A stretch of DNA of 53,782 nt from a bacterium (GCA_043818275.1 JBDRFY010000078.1:1-53782), one strand, 5' to 3'; positions 21,225-31,422 are shown, numbered from the stretch's first letter. The notes: generated from the sequence alone by a model not told the origin. Made by a program: numbers and translations.

Positions 21225-24100
21225 TTATTTACTAACCTTTTCCCAATTTTTTCCGGTTCGCATGCTTATTTTTAACGGAACATCCCATTTGATGACATCT
21301 TCTAAACAATTTTTTACAATTTTTTTGACGATTTCTTCTTTTTTGGAATCGTATTCTATGAGTAATTCATCGTGAATCTGTAATAATATCTTAGCATCTA
21401 TTTTTTTTGTTTCAAATGCCCTATAAAGATCTATCATCGCTATTTTGATAATTTCAGCTGAAGTTCCCTGAATTGGACTATTAATTGCCATTCTTTTTCC
21501 AGCCTCATATAAAAGCCTGTTTTTTTCTTTTAATTCTGGTATATAACGCCTTCTGCCCATTAAAGTTTCAACATAACCATTTTTTTGCGCTTCTTTTTCC
21601 GTTTTTTCTATCCATTTCAAGACACCTGGATACTGTTCAAAATATTTTTCAATATATTCCTTTGCTTCTCCCGGCTTTATATTCAAATCTTTAGCTAAAC
21701 CAAAAGGAGTTAAACCATAAATTATGCTAAAATTAATTCTTTTTCCAATCTGGCGTTGCTCATTTGTAACATTTTCCAATGCAACATTAAATAATTGTGC
21801 TGCGGTTTGGGCATGAATATCAATATCATCAATAAATGCTTTTTTTAAATTTTTGTCTTTTGTTATATGAGCTAAAACTCTAAGTTCCATTTGAGAATAA
21901 TCAGCAGACAAAAATTCACGCCCACGGGGGGCTACAAAAGCTGATCGTATTTGCATGCCATAACCTTTTGTTGCAGGAATATTTTGCAAATTTGGCTCTG
22001 AACTTGAAAGCCGCCCGGTTGCAACCATTGTTTGGCTAAATGATGTATGAACCCTACCGGTTTTTGGATTTATCATTTTTTGTAATGGATCAATGTATGT
22101 ATTTAATAATTTAAACAATTCCCGATAATGCAAAATCAACACTGGAATAGGATGATGTTCACTTAATTTTTCCAAAACTTCCTGATCAGTTGACCTATGC
22201 CCTTTACTGCTTTTCTTAATAACTGGAAGCTTTAAATCATCAAATAAAAGCTTTTCAACCTGTTGAGGTGAATTAACATTAAAATCTTCTTTATAATCTT
22301 TTGAACCATACTTTATTGCTTCAGTAATTTTTTCATGAATTGTTTTTAATTTTCGTTCAACTTTTTTGGATAATTCTTTTAAAACTTCCACGTCAACTTT
22401 AATACCTGTTTTTTCCATATCAAACAAAACAAACATTAAAGGTAGTTCAATTTTTTCAAAAATATCTTTTAGCTTTTTGTCTTTATCCAAATCTTTAGAC
22501 AAAATAGATTCTAATTTAAAAGTTTGCAAAGCATCATGCGCTGCGTATTCAGCAGCCTCTTTTAATGGAACAGCGTCAAATGTTTTATATTTTTTACCCA
22601 ACAACTCTTTGTATGTAGTCATTCTTTCGTTTAAATATCGGACAGACAAACTTTTCAGACTTATTTTTTGCCATTCTTCTTCCCACCTTAATAAATTCGC
22701 AGCCAACAACGTATCAAAAACAACCCCATCAACTTCAATACTTTCAGTTGATAAAGCAAGAAGATCAAATTTGGCATGATGTAAAATTTTTTTGATATTT
22801 GAATTTTTAAAAATTGATTTTAATTTTTCCAGCGTTTTTTCTTTATCAAGAATTACAACCTCTTCTTTAACTTCAAAAATTTCAGCATTTTTTTCTTTTG
22901 CGCCATTCGTATAAGTAAAAGGAATGTAATAAGCTTCTTTTTTTTTTCAAATGCAATGGAAAGGGCTACCAGTTCATCTTGCATAGCTCTTAATCCTGTG
23001 GTTTCTGTATCAAAAGCAAAAATCTTTTTTTCTTTTATTTTGTCGATTAATTTTTCCAGGTCTTCATTCTTTGATACGACTCTGCAAGTCCAGTCATCTT
23101 TCTTGTTTTTTGTTTCATTATCAAACGCTATCGTCGCCTGAACTTCTTTTGCTTTTTTTTCTGTTATCTCAATCTCATGCTCACTTTTTCTGGAAATTAA
23201 ATCTTTACCTTCAGATAAAATTTTTTGAACATCCGTTGAGTAAACCTTTCTCAAGTCTGCAAGCATACTTTTAAATTCCAGCTTCTGAAAAATAGGCGCC
23301 GCGTTAACCCAATGACTTTCATTGAAATCCAAATCTTTTTTTCCGACAGATAATTTATAAAGTTTTAACCCAAAAAGTTCATAACTTAAAAAGGCATTCT
23401 TCTTATTTTCAATTAAGGCTTTTTGAACGCCTTCTTTTTTTATCTTTTCCATATTTTGATAAAGCTCTTCAAGAGAATCAAATTTTTGTACAAGTTCCAG
23501 AGCAGTTTTTTTTCCAATACCCTTTACCCCTGGAATATTATCTGATGCATCTCCCAAAAGAGAATGATAAAATCTTAATTTTTCGGGACCAAAACCTTTT
23601 TCTTTTCTAAAATCTGTTTCATCAATTAATTTTTCTTTAAACGAATCATAAATCATAACATCTTTATCTTTAATCAGCTGAAACAGATCTTTATCCGGTC
23701 CAACAATAATGGTCTGACCTTTTTTATTTTTTTCAGCCAACGTAGCAATCAGATCATCTGCTTCATAACCTGTTTTTGCAATCTGATAAAGACCAATTGA
23801 ATTTGCAAATTCCTGAATTTGTTCTTTTTGGATAAATAAATCACTTGGTGGAGCTTGCCTTGTTGCTTTGTACTCTTCATACATTTCACTTCGAAAAGTT
23901 TTGCCTTTACTATCCCAAACAAGCGCCATTTTTGTTGGATCAAATATATCGATTATTCTTTTAATTGTTCTGCAAAAACCATACGTTGCCTGAGTTGGAA
24001 TACCGCTTGAAGTATACAAAGGCCGCAACCCATAATAAGAACGATATAAAATATAAGAACCGTCAATTAAAAAAAGGGCATTTTCTTTAATACGATGCAT
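21225..24100 (-). CDS. polA: DNA polymerase I, interrupted by one frameshift at an A10 tract (22938..22947)
   Basis: 5' frame: LIDGS, EADD, GDASDNIPGV, ExoI FDTETTG. The -1 frame continues EAYYIP..HHAKFD..FDTLLAA without stops into TGRLSS, ADYSQME, INFSIIYG, QIHDE. Confidence 0.95.
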
Positions 24101-24217
24101 TTGTAAGCCCTTTCAATTATTTAAAAATATAGAAAAACCCTAACTAATTTTTAAACAATACAATATTTATTTAAAAAGACAAAATACAAAGATATTTTCA
24201 AATAATTTACAGTTTAT

Positions 24218-25084
24218 TTAAATACAATAATTCTCATCATGAAGCGCTTGCCAAATAATTTTTTTAATTTCATCATTATCAAATTTACAAGCATAATCAT
24301 ATGGAGATTTACCTAAACAAGAAATAGATACTTTCGCGCCATAATCGATAAGTCTTTGAACTAAATAAGGCTCCTGGGATTTAATGGCATAAAAAATTGG
24401 AGAATAAAGAGCATCTGTTTTTTCATTTACAAGTTTATTTTTTTCGTCCGAAGGAAGATGATTAATATGATTCAAAACAACATTTACAACAGCAAGATAA
24501 TCGTCATTATCACAAAGTTTGCACAATGCATAAGTCAATGGAGTACCGTAAAATTCATCATAAATATTCAACACTCCTCCACATTCAATTAACATACCTA
24601 CAACTTCTGGACGATTTTTTTTAATCGCCAAATATAACAATGGACAACCATCTACATCTTTCCGATTTGGATCAGCGTCAAATTCAATCAAAATTTCACA
24701 CACTTTAGCCCATTTTGTTTTAACTGTTTTTTTAACCACAAAAAGCAAAACTTCATCTTTTACTTTTTTGCTTGTTTCTTCTAAAAATTTTTCTAAAAAT
24801 TTACACCTCCAACATGTATGCAAAACATTAGATTGAGAATGTTTATGGAGCATAACTGCAGCCAAAACAGCCTTATCACAAGGAGAAAAAGAATTTAATA
24901 ATTCAGTTAATTCTCTGTCAGTTTTAGGAGAAAAATTTCTACCTTTTTTCTTAAGAAGCTTTAAATACGTATGCAAAGATAAATACCTTGAATCACTGGA
25001 ATTAGTACTAGAACCTCCTCGGGTCACAACTGCATCTGAATCAAAAAAAACAAAAATTAATAACACCAGCAATAATTTTTTCAT
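24218..25084 (-). CDS. secreted ankyrin-repeat protein
   Basis: Signal peptide; GCPLLYLA, GTPLTYA, SPIFYA, GKSPYDYA repeats. Confidence 0.88.
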   Translation of the reverse strand: MKKLLLVLLIFVFFDSDAVVTRGGSSTNSSDSRYLSLHTYLKLLKKKGRNFSPKTDRELTELLNSFSPCDKAVLAAVMLHKHSQSNVLHTCWRCKFLEKFLEETSKKVKDEVLLFVVKKTVKTKWAKVCEILIEFDADPNRKDVDGCPLLYLAIKKNRPEVVGMLIECGGVLNIYDEFYGTPLTYALCKLCDNDDYLAVVNVVLNHINHLPSDEKNKLVNEKTDALYSPIFYAIKSQEPYLVQRLIDYGAKVSISCLGKSPYDYACKFDNDEIKKIIWQALHDENYCI

Positions 25085-25185
25085 ATTTATCCCTTCTTAA
25101 AAGATAAAATTTGTAATCAACTTAATATTTTATAGAATGAAATCAGATAATAATAAAATTTAATTAAAAAAGAAAACAAATAATT

Positions 25186-25617
25186 ATGAAAATCTTATCG
25201 CTTGACCTTGGAGACAAATGGGTGGGCTCAGCAATTTCAGACGAACTTTGCCTTACCTGCAGACCGTTTCAAACCGTTGAATTAAAAAATACTGCCGATT
25301 TCTTAAAAAAAACAATTCAGGAACAAAACATTCAAAAAATAATTATTGGTTATCCAAAAACCAGTAAGGGAACAAAAAGTGAACAAACCCTAAAAATAGA
25401 AAAACAAAAAAACGAACTCGAAGAAAAATTTAAAAAAATGGAATTTGACAACTTGGAATGGATCTTGTGGGACGAACGATTAAGCAGTAAACGCGCTGAA
25501 AATATTAATACAAAAAAAATAAAAACGTCCGAGGATAAGAAAAAAAGCCATTCCATTGCCGCGGCATTCATTCTGCAAAGCTATATTGACTATCTTGCCT
25601 TTTCAAAAAGCCTTTAA
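25186..25617 (+). CDS. ruvX: pre-16S rRNA nuclease YqgF/RuvX
   Basis: LSLDLGDKWVGSAISD, IGYP, WDERLSS, AAAFILQSY. Confidence 0.93.
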   Translation: MKILSLDLGDKWVGSAISDELCLTCRPFQTVELKNTADFLKKTIQEQNIQKIIIGYPKTSKGTKSEQTLKIEKQKNELEEKFKKMEFDNLEWILWDERLSSKRAENINTKKIKTSEDKKKSHSIAAAFILQSYIDYLAFSKSL

Positions 25618-25769
25618 AATCAGGCCTAATAAAATTTTTTTTACAACTTTTCAAAACAGTTTACACTTATTATTGAACATCCCGAAAATCAAAAGGAGTT
25701 AAGGGGTCAGAATAATAATTAAATTGCTTGCTTAATTATAAGGAGCAATCAGGTCCAAGAAAGGAACGC

Positions 25770-25952
25770 ATGAAGTGCCCAAAATGCGGTGGCTTGATGA
25801 TAATCCAATCCTTCTTTGACCACTTCATAAATTTTGAAGGCTGGAAGTGCCTAAATTGCGGAAAAATTATTGAAAAAAGAGAAAGCACAATAAAAGATGA
25901 TGCTTTCAGTATTTTTTATCAACGGCAAAAAATAAAAAAACATAACGAGTAA
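25770..25952 (+). CDS. small C4 zinc-ribbon protein (60 aa)
   Basis: AAAGGA RBS then MKCPKCGGLM...WKCLNCG. Confidence 0.8.
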   Translation: MKCPKCGGLMIIQSFFDHFINFEGWKCLNCGKIIEKRESTIKDDAFSIFYQRQKIKKHNE

Positions 25953-25963
25953 AAAAACAATTT

Positions 25964-26695
25964 ATGAGTACAACATTTCTTGCAATTGAAGGTAGCTACA
26001 CAAATTTACAAATAGCTCTTTTCAAAGATAAAACATGTATACAAAAAATTAGTGGCGATAATTTAAAAGCCAGTTCAACTCTAATTTTAAAAATCGATGA
26101 AATTCTTAAACAAAATAAAATCAAACTTTCTGATCTTGATTTTATCTCCGTCAACCAAGGTCCGGGGGCATTTACTTCCCTTCGGGTTATAATCGCAACA
26201 GTAAATGGAATATCTTTTGCGACAAAAATTCCATTGATAGGCATTGACGGTCTTGATGCGCTAAGCGAACAAACATTAAATTTATTTTCCGAAAAAGAAA
26301 ATCCAACAAAATTAATAAGTTTATTAAATGCGTACAGCAACGAAGTTTATTTTTCTGTAAATAAAATAAACGAAAATAAATTAGAAAAAATAAAACCAAA
26401 CGGCTACGAAAAAATTGAATATTTTTTAGATGAAATTGCAACCCTTCGACAAGCTCAGGGCGAACGGGAAGTTAATAAAAAAATATTGTTCACCGGCAAT
26501 GGAACAACTTTACATAAAAACCTTATTCAAAAAAAATTAGGCTCAAACGCAATTTTTTCAGAAAATATTTTACAAACCACAGATGTAGATCAAATTGCAA
26601 AAATGGCCTTGCAAAAATGGAACCAAAAAAATGACCCTGTTTATAAACTCAAACCTCTTTATCTAAAAACACAAACATTTGCTGTTAAAAAATAA
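25964..26695 (+). CDS. tsaB: tRNA t6A biosynthesis protein TsaB
   Basis: GPGAFTSLRV, GIDGLDAL, FTGNG, PLYLK. Confidence 0.93.
   Translation: MSTTFLAIEGSYTNLQIALFKDKTCIQKISGDNLKASSTLILKIDEILKQNKIKLSDLDFISVNQGPGAFTSLRVIIATVNGISFATKIPLIGIDGLDALSEQTLNLFSEKENPTKLISLLNAYSNEVYFSVNKINENKLEKIKPNGYEKIEYFLDEIATLRQAQGEREVNKKILFTGNGTTLHKNLIQKKLGSNAIFSENILQTTDVDQIAKMALQKWNQKNDPVYKLKPLYLKTQTFAVKK
26441..26467 (+). repeat. 27-bp palindromic repeat in frame within tsaB
   Basis: ACCCTTCGACAAGCTCAGGGCGAACGG = TLRQAQGER, exactly 9 codons on codon boundaries. Confidence 0.92.
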
Positions 26696-26696
26696 A

Positions 26697-27440
26697 TCAT
26701 ATACTTCGAACAGAACCTAATCCAACAGCAACAGCCTCTACAGAACGCAAAATAGTTTGAGTCAATTTATAAAATTCTATTTCGGCTTGTTTGAATAAAT
26801 TTAATTCATAAGAAGTAAAATCACCTTCAGGGCCAAAAAACAGATAAATTTTTTCATGTTTTTTTTGATTTAAATCTGAAAGTAATTCAAACAGACTTTC
26901 TCCATCAATATGAAAACAAACTTTTTTAGAAATTCCGAACGGCTCTTTTTCGATAAATGTTTTTAGTTCAACCGGATTTTGCAGTTCAGGTAAAATAAAA
27001 TTTTTAGATTGCTCACAAGCTGATATTAAAATTTTTTGCAAACGTTCAATTGTTTTTTCCTCAAACCAGTTTTTATGAACCTGTGACGTAAGCAGTGGAC
27101 AAATTTTGCCCACTGCCATAACTGAAGCTAAATACAAGACATCTTCAAAATGTTTTTTCTTTAACAATCCACAACAAAGAATTATTTCAGGTTTTATCTT
27201 TTTATTTTCAGAAATTGAAATAATTTTTAAATGAAGTTTCTTTTTTTCTTTTTTTAAAACAATAAATTCTATATTTTGTTTTTCATCAAATAATAAAAAT
27301 GTTTCTTCTGTATGCAATCTCAAAACATCTGCTAATCGTTTTATTAATTCCCGATCTATTATTTCTATTTCAACGCCTTGTTTTTTACCTGAGATTTTTT
27401 TGGATAGATCAGCAAAATAAATTGAGAATATATGTGACAT
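26697..27440 (-). CDS. rsmE: 16S rRNA m3U1498 methyltransferase
   Basis: VLRL, ACEQS, GPEGDF, ILRSVEA SPOUT motifs. Confidence 0.9.
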   Translation of the reverse strand: MSHIFSIYFADLSKKISGKKQGVEIEIIDRELIKRLADVLRLHTEETFLLFDEKQNIEFIVLKKEKKKLHLKIISISENKKIKPEIILCCGLLKKKHFEDVLYLASVMAVGKICPLLTSQVHKNWFEEKTIERLQKILISACEQSKNFILPELQNPVELKTFIEKEPFGISKKVCFHIDGESLFELLSDLNQKKHEKIYLFFGPEGDFTSYELNLFKQAEIEFYKLTQTILRSVEAVAVGLGSVRSI

Positions 27441-27524
27441 TTTTTGTGGTTTCTAATAAAAAAACAGATCCTGAAACTTCTCGTCAGACTTGAAAATCAG
27501 AACCTGTTTTTAATTATAAAAATT

Positions 27525-27881
27525 TTAGCTTAAACATTTTTTACAAAGCAAAACAATAGCAACAACAGAAACTAAAACTCCAGCTGTAACACCACTATAA
27601 ATATATTTATCCTGATGTTTTTCCCAGTGTTCCAAAGATCTAACTTTTATGTACTTATAAAAAATATTCAATCTATCTTGCCAAGAAGCCTTTTCGTCAA
27701 TCAAAATATCTATATCTTCATCCAAAATTTCTACATCTGTCTTAAATTCCAAATTCTTCAAAGCCATCTCCACCGCTGATTCGGCAGGATCCATATTTTT
27801 TGCGATATTTCTTTCAACAGCACAATTTAAAGCCAGAAAAAAAGAACAACAAAAGACCAAAACTATAAATTTCTTTAACAT
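27525..27881 (-). CDS. hypothetical protein with signal peptide and C-terminal TM anchor
   Basis: AAGGAG RBS; hydrophobic N- and C-termini. Confidence 0.7.
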   Translation of the reverse strand: MLKKFIVLVFCCSFFLALNCAVERNIAKNMDPAESAVEMALKNLEFKTDVEILDEDIDILIDEKASWQDRLNIFYKYIKVRSLEHWEKHQDKYIYSGVTAGVLVSVVAIVLLCKKCLS

Positions 27882-27980
27882 TTCTATCTCCTTGAATTAT
27901 TTTAAACAAACCAGACAACTAATTGGTTATACTAGCAAAAAATATTGATTTATAAATTAAAAAAATAAAAAAGGAAAAAA

Positions 27981-29594
27981 GTGCAGTTAAAAAAAGAAAA
28001 AGTAAATCCAACAATGCTTGTAATTTTGGATGGATTTGGAATATCCAAACAAAAAAAAGGCAATGCTGTTTATGCGGCAAAAATGCCAACCTGGCAAAAA
28101 ATATTAAATGAATATCCCCACACACAATTAAAAGCTTCGGGAAATGCTGTTGGTCTGCTTTCAGGGTATATTGGAAATTCTGAGGTTGGACACACAACTT
28201 TGGGCGCAGGAAAAATTGTAAAAACAGTGTTAAAAAAATTTCACGAATCGATTGATGATAAATCATTTTTTAAAAACGAAACATTACTGCAAAATTTAAA
28301 AAAAATAAAAAAACAAAACGCATTACATTTAATGGGACTTTTATCAAATGGTGGAGTTCATAGTCATGAAAAACATCTTAATGCATTAATTCATCTTGCG
28401 GCAAAACTAAAAATTAAAAACGTTTATATTCATCCATTTTTAGATGGGCGCGATGTTGCAGAAAAATCGGCTTCCACGTTTTTAAAAAAATTGGACAAAA
28501 TTTGCAACATTGAAAAATGTGGAAAAATTGCAACGCTTCATGGACGATTTTACGCAATGGACAGAGATAATAATTGGGATAGAACAAAAATCAGTTATGA
28601 TGTTTTATGTGATCCTAAATTAAACCATTCGATAAAACCCTTCAACGATCTCAGGGCGAACGGTATCTCTAAAATTCCAGAATTTCATTCATGGCAAGAG
28701 GTATTAAAATGGTCGTATGTTCATAACATTACAGATGAATTTTTCTATCCAACAAGATTACTTGAAGATGGAATAATTAAAAAGGACGATGGCATAATTT
28801 TTTTTAATTTCAGACCGGACAGAGCAAGACAACTAACAGAATGTTTTTTAGATCCAAAATTTAATCATTTCAAAATCCAGGATTTAAATCCAGCAGATGG
28901 AACATTAAAATTTTTCGTATCAACAACCCAATACAAAAAAGATTTCAAAAATCTGATTTTATTTGAAAAAGAGATAATTAATAACACCCTTCTTGATGAA
29001 ATAGAAAAAAATAAAAATAATAATTCTGTTTTTATAATCGCTGAAACCGAAAAATACGCGCATGTCACATATTTTTTTAAAGGACGCAAGGAAGAAGAAT
29101 ACAGCAATGAAACCAGGATCTTAGTTCCCTCAATAAAAACAAAAAACTATATTCAGCATCCGGAAATGTCGGCTGAAAAAATTACAGAACACATCATCAA
29201 ATCGTTAAAAACAAACCCGGCTTTTTTTTATTTAATTAATTACGCCAATCCGGATATGGTAGGACATTCTGGAAATTTTGATTCAACGGTTAAAGCTTGC
29301 GAATTCGTGGACAAACAAATTAAAAAACTTTATGAACTTGCAGTTGAAAAAATGAACGGGACAATATTTATTCTTTCTGATCACGGAAACGCTGAAGAGA
29401 TGCTGACAAAAACAAATAAACCAAAAACGTCTCACACAAAAAATCCGGTTCCTTTTGTTTTTGTTAACAAAAAATGGAAAAACAAAAAATTAAAAATGAA
29501 TAACAATCTCGGCCTTGCAAATGTTGCACCTACAATTCTTAAATTTTTAAATTTGAAAATACCAAAACAAATGGAACAAAAAACAATTTTTTAA
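27981..29594 (+). CDS. gpmI: 2,3-bisphosphoglycerate-independent phosphoglycerate mutase
   Basis: ILDGFG, GNSEVGH, DGRD, GRFYAMDRD, AETEKYAHVT, NPDMVGH, SDHGN. Confidence 0.97.
   Translation: MQLKKEKVNPTMLVILDGFGISKQKKGNAVYAAKMPTWQKILNEYPHTQLKASGNAVGLLSGYIGNSEVGHTTLGAGKIVKTVLKKFHESIDDKSFFKNETLLQNLKKIKKQNALHLMGLLSNGGVHSHEKHLNALIHLAAKLKIKNVYIHPFLDGRDVAEKSASTFLKKLDKICNIEKCGKIATLHGRFYAMDRDNNWDRTKISYDVLCDPKLNHSIKPFNDLRANGISKIPEFHSWQEVLKWSYVHNITDEFFYPTRLLEDGIIKKDDGIIFFNFRPDRARQLTECFLDPKFNHFKIQDLNPADGTLKFFVSTTQYKKDFKNLILFEKEIINNTLLDEIEKNKNNNSVFIIAETEKYAHVTYFFKGRKEEEYSNETRILVPSIKTKNYIQHPEMSAEKITEHIIKSLKTNPAFFYLINYANPDMVGHSGNFDSTVKACEFVDKQIKKLYELAVEKMNGTIFILSDHGNAEEMLTKTNKPKTSHTKNPVPFVFVNKKWKNKKLKMNNNLGLANVAPTILKFLNLKIPKQMEQKTIF
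28624..28663 (+). repeat. degenerate palindromic repeat in frame within gpmI
   Basis: Core ACCCTTCAACGATCTCAGGGCGAACGG (28637..28663) preceded by the partial ACCATTCGATA; encodes HSIKPFNDLRANG. Confidence 0.85.
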
Positions 29595-30686
29595 TCATCC
29601 AAACCAAAAACTTATAAATTTTCGTTCCCCATCAAACAAGGTTGTTCTTAACTGCACATCCATTTCTTTTCGATCTAAATAATATATAGGTTTGCAACCG
29701 TTCTTGTCCGTTATTCGAGGATTACCCTTTTTTGCAATTAACATTTTTGCAATAGCCTCTGCATTCGTTCTGTATTCAGGAAATTTTAAATAATTGTGTG
29801 CCAAAATATGAAATGGTGTTTGATTTCCTTTATCCTGCGCATTAATTTGCAAATTTTTTTCATCTAAAAGAATTGCTATTACAGAAATATCTCCTCTCCA
29901 CACAGCAAAATGTAACGGCGAATGCCATGTTACATTTCTTTTATCATTTAAAATATCAAAGAAAATCTCCTCGCCTTCTTCTTTATCTTTTTTAAATTTA
30001 TCCAAAATTAATTTAACTATTTTTGGATTTTTATGAAAAATTGCCATATGCAAAAGAGAATAACCAAATTTATTTCGAACATAAATGCTTGCACCTTGCT
30101 CAATTAAAGTTTTTGTTTTTCCAAAATCATTTAAAAGAACAGCATAAAATAACGGAGTTAAATTTTTATGCGCAGGATACGTTAAATTTTGCTGAGGGCA
30201 TGCATCAATGTTATTAAAGTCAAATTCTCCTTTATTTTTTTCCAAAAATTTAACGCTTGGTTCTAAATTATTTACACATTTTAATTCAACCAAAATATGC
30301 AAAATTGTTGTCCGCAAGCCTTTTGCTATTTCATGAATTTTAGAAATAAATTGCCTTAAAGCACTTTCACTTTCAAATATAAAACTTAACCTGGCGCCAT
30401 TTCCAGAATCTAAAGAATTTTCAGATCTTTTAAGTTCAAACAAAGAATTGAATGCATCCAAAGCATCCTGATCATAATCATATAGGTCAAGTAGAACTTG
30501 ATTACCTGCAGCAATTTCCCAACATTGCTCAACTCCAAGATGCTTTAAAGTTTTCTCATTTGGTAAATGATACTCACTTAAATCACGCATCCGTTTTTTT
30601 GTTACAAAAAGCTTCATCGCATTTACAGAAAAACCGGTTAAAAAAATTGAACACAAATAAAATAGAAAAATATATTTTTTGACCAT
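29595..30686 (-). CDS. secreted ankyrin-repeat protein
   Basis: Signal peptide; LTPLFYA, GYSLLHMA, HSPLHFA, QTPFHIL. Confidence 0.9.
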   Translation of the reverse strand: MVKKYIFLFYLCSIFLTGFSVNAMKLFVTKKRMRDLSEYHLPNEKTLKHLGVEQCWEIAAGNQVLLDLYDYDQDALDAFNSLFELKRSENSLDSGNGARLSFIFESESALRQFISKIHEIAKGLRTTILHILVELKCVNNLEPSVKFLEKNKGEFDFNNIDACPQQNLTYPAHKNLTPLFYAVLLNDFGKTKTLIEQGASIYVRNKFGYSLLHMAIFHKNPKIVKLILDKFKKDKEEGEEIFFDILNDKRNVTWHSPLHFAVWRGDISVIAILLDEKNLQINAQDKGNQTPFHILAHNYLKFPEYRTNAEAIAKMLIAKKGNPRITDKNGCKPIYYLDRKEMDVQLRTTLFDGERKFISFWFG

Positions 30687-30711
30687 CTCCTTCCCCCAAA
30701 GGTTTTAAAAT

Positions 30712-30918
30712 AATGAAGCGCTCATCGACTTTTAAGTCGATGAATTGCGCGAAATTCTTCTGCATCCTTCGCATAAAGCTTCGGAGCACCCTGCGAAGTT
30801 TTACACGAAGAAGGGGAAGCCAACCCTACTTCGTACCGCCATCCGGCGGCACTTCGAAGTGTTCTACTCCGCCATTCATCCCTAAGCTAAAATACTTGGT
30901 AATTTTGGCGAAGTAGAA
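30712..30918. repeat. intergenic array of stacked modular hairpin repeats
   Basis: GC-rich island with at least five hairpins (30712-30760, 30765-30789, 30789-30815, 30826-30859, 30862-30918); two modules recur inside rnpB. Confidence 0.85.
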
Positions 30919-30981
30919 TAAACTACCTTTGTAGTTTAAAGAAAAAACTGTTTTAAATTCTAGCCTTTTTAAATTTGACCT

Positions 30982-31422
30982 ATGTTTTTAGCCTTTTTAT
31001 TTTTTTTAATCGATTTCATTTTTTTTGCTTTTTTTAACAAATTCATAATAAATACCCTAATAATTTATCTAATTTTTATGATTTTTGATCAGCAAAAATT
31101 AAATGTAAAAAGCCTAATTTTGCCAATTTTTTTGTTAATTTTACAGGATGAGATGATAAATGGACGCTTTGGGCTAAATCTAATTTACCTGATTCCCTTA
31201 ATTTTGATTTTTAATTTTTTGCGCAAAATCATGAATTTTCCTATAATTTTGAAATCATTTTTTTTGTTTTCTGCCTTTTTTGCCAATTTTTTATTGAAAA
31301 AATTTATTTTAATGCAAAATATATCGATGCATTCGACAATTAAGATATTTTCAATTAATTTATTATTACTTTATTTGACAATTTTAGGCATATGGGGCAA
31401 TCGCTCTATTTTAAAAAAATGA
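30982..31422 (+). CDS. multi-pass membrane protein, possibly MreD-like; 3' end overlaps rnpB
   Basis: About 5 hydrophobic segments and an L-QD...GRFGL pattern reminiscent of MreD; family not firmly recognised. Confidence 0.5.
   Translation: MFLAFLFFLIDFIFFAFFNKFIINTLIIYLIFMIFDQQKLNVKSLILPIFLLILQDEMINGRFGLNLIYLIPLILIFNFLRKIMNFPIILKSFFLFSAFFANFLLKKFILMQNISMHSTIKIFSINLLLLYLTILGIWGNRSILKK

Noticed and set aside
21225..22709. Separate Klenow-like gene starting at TTG 22709
   Set aside because: The start falls mid-proofreading domain and the frame is open back to the A10 tract, so it is part of polA.
30713..30916. 67-aa ORF (and 30583..30789 on the minus strand)
   Set aside because: Translations of the GC-rich hairpin array; no protein features.
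30712..30918. Possible CRISPR array or integron attC sites
   Set aside because: No identical direct repeats with regular spacers, no clear attC core sites, and no cas or integrase genes in the window.
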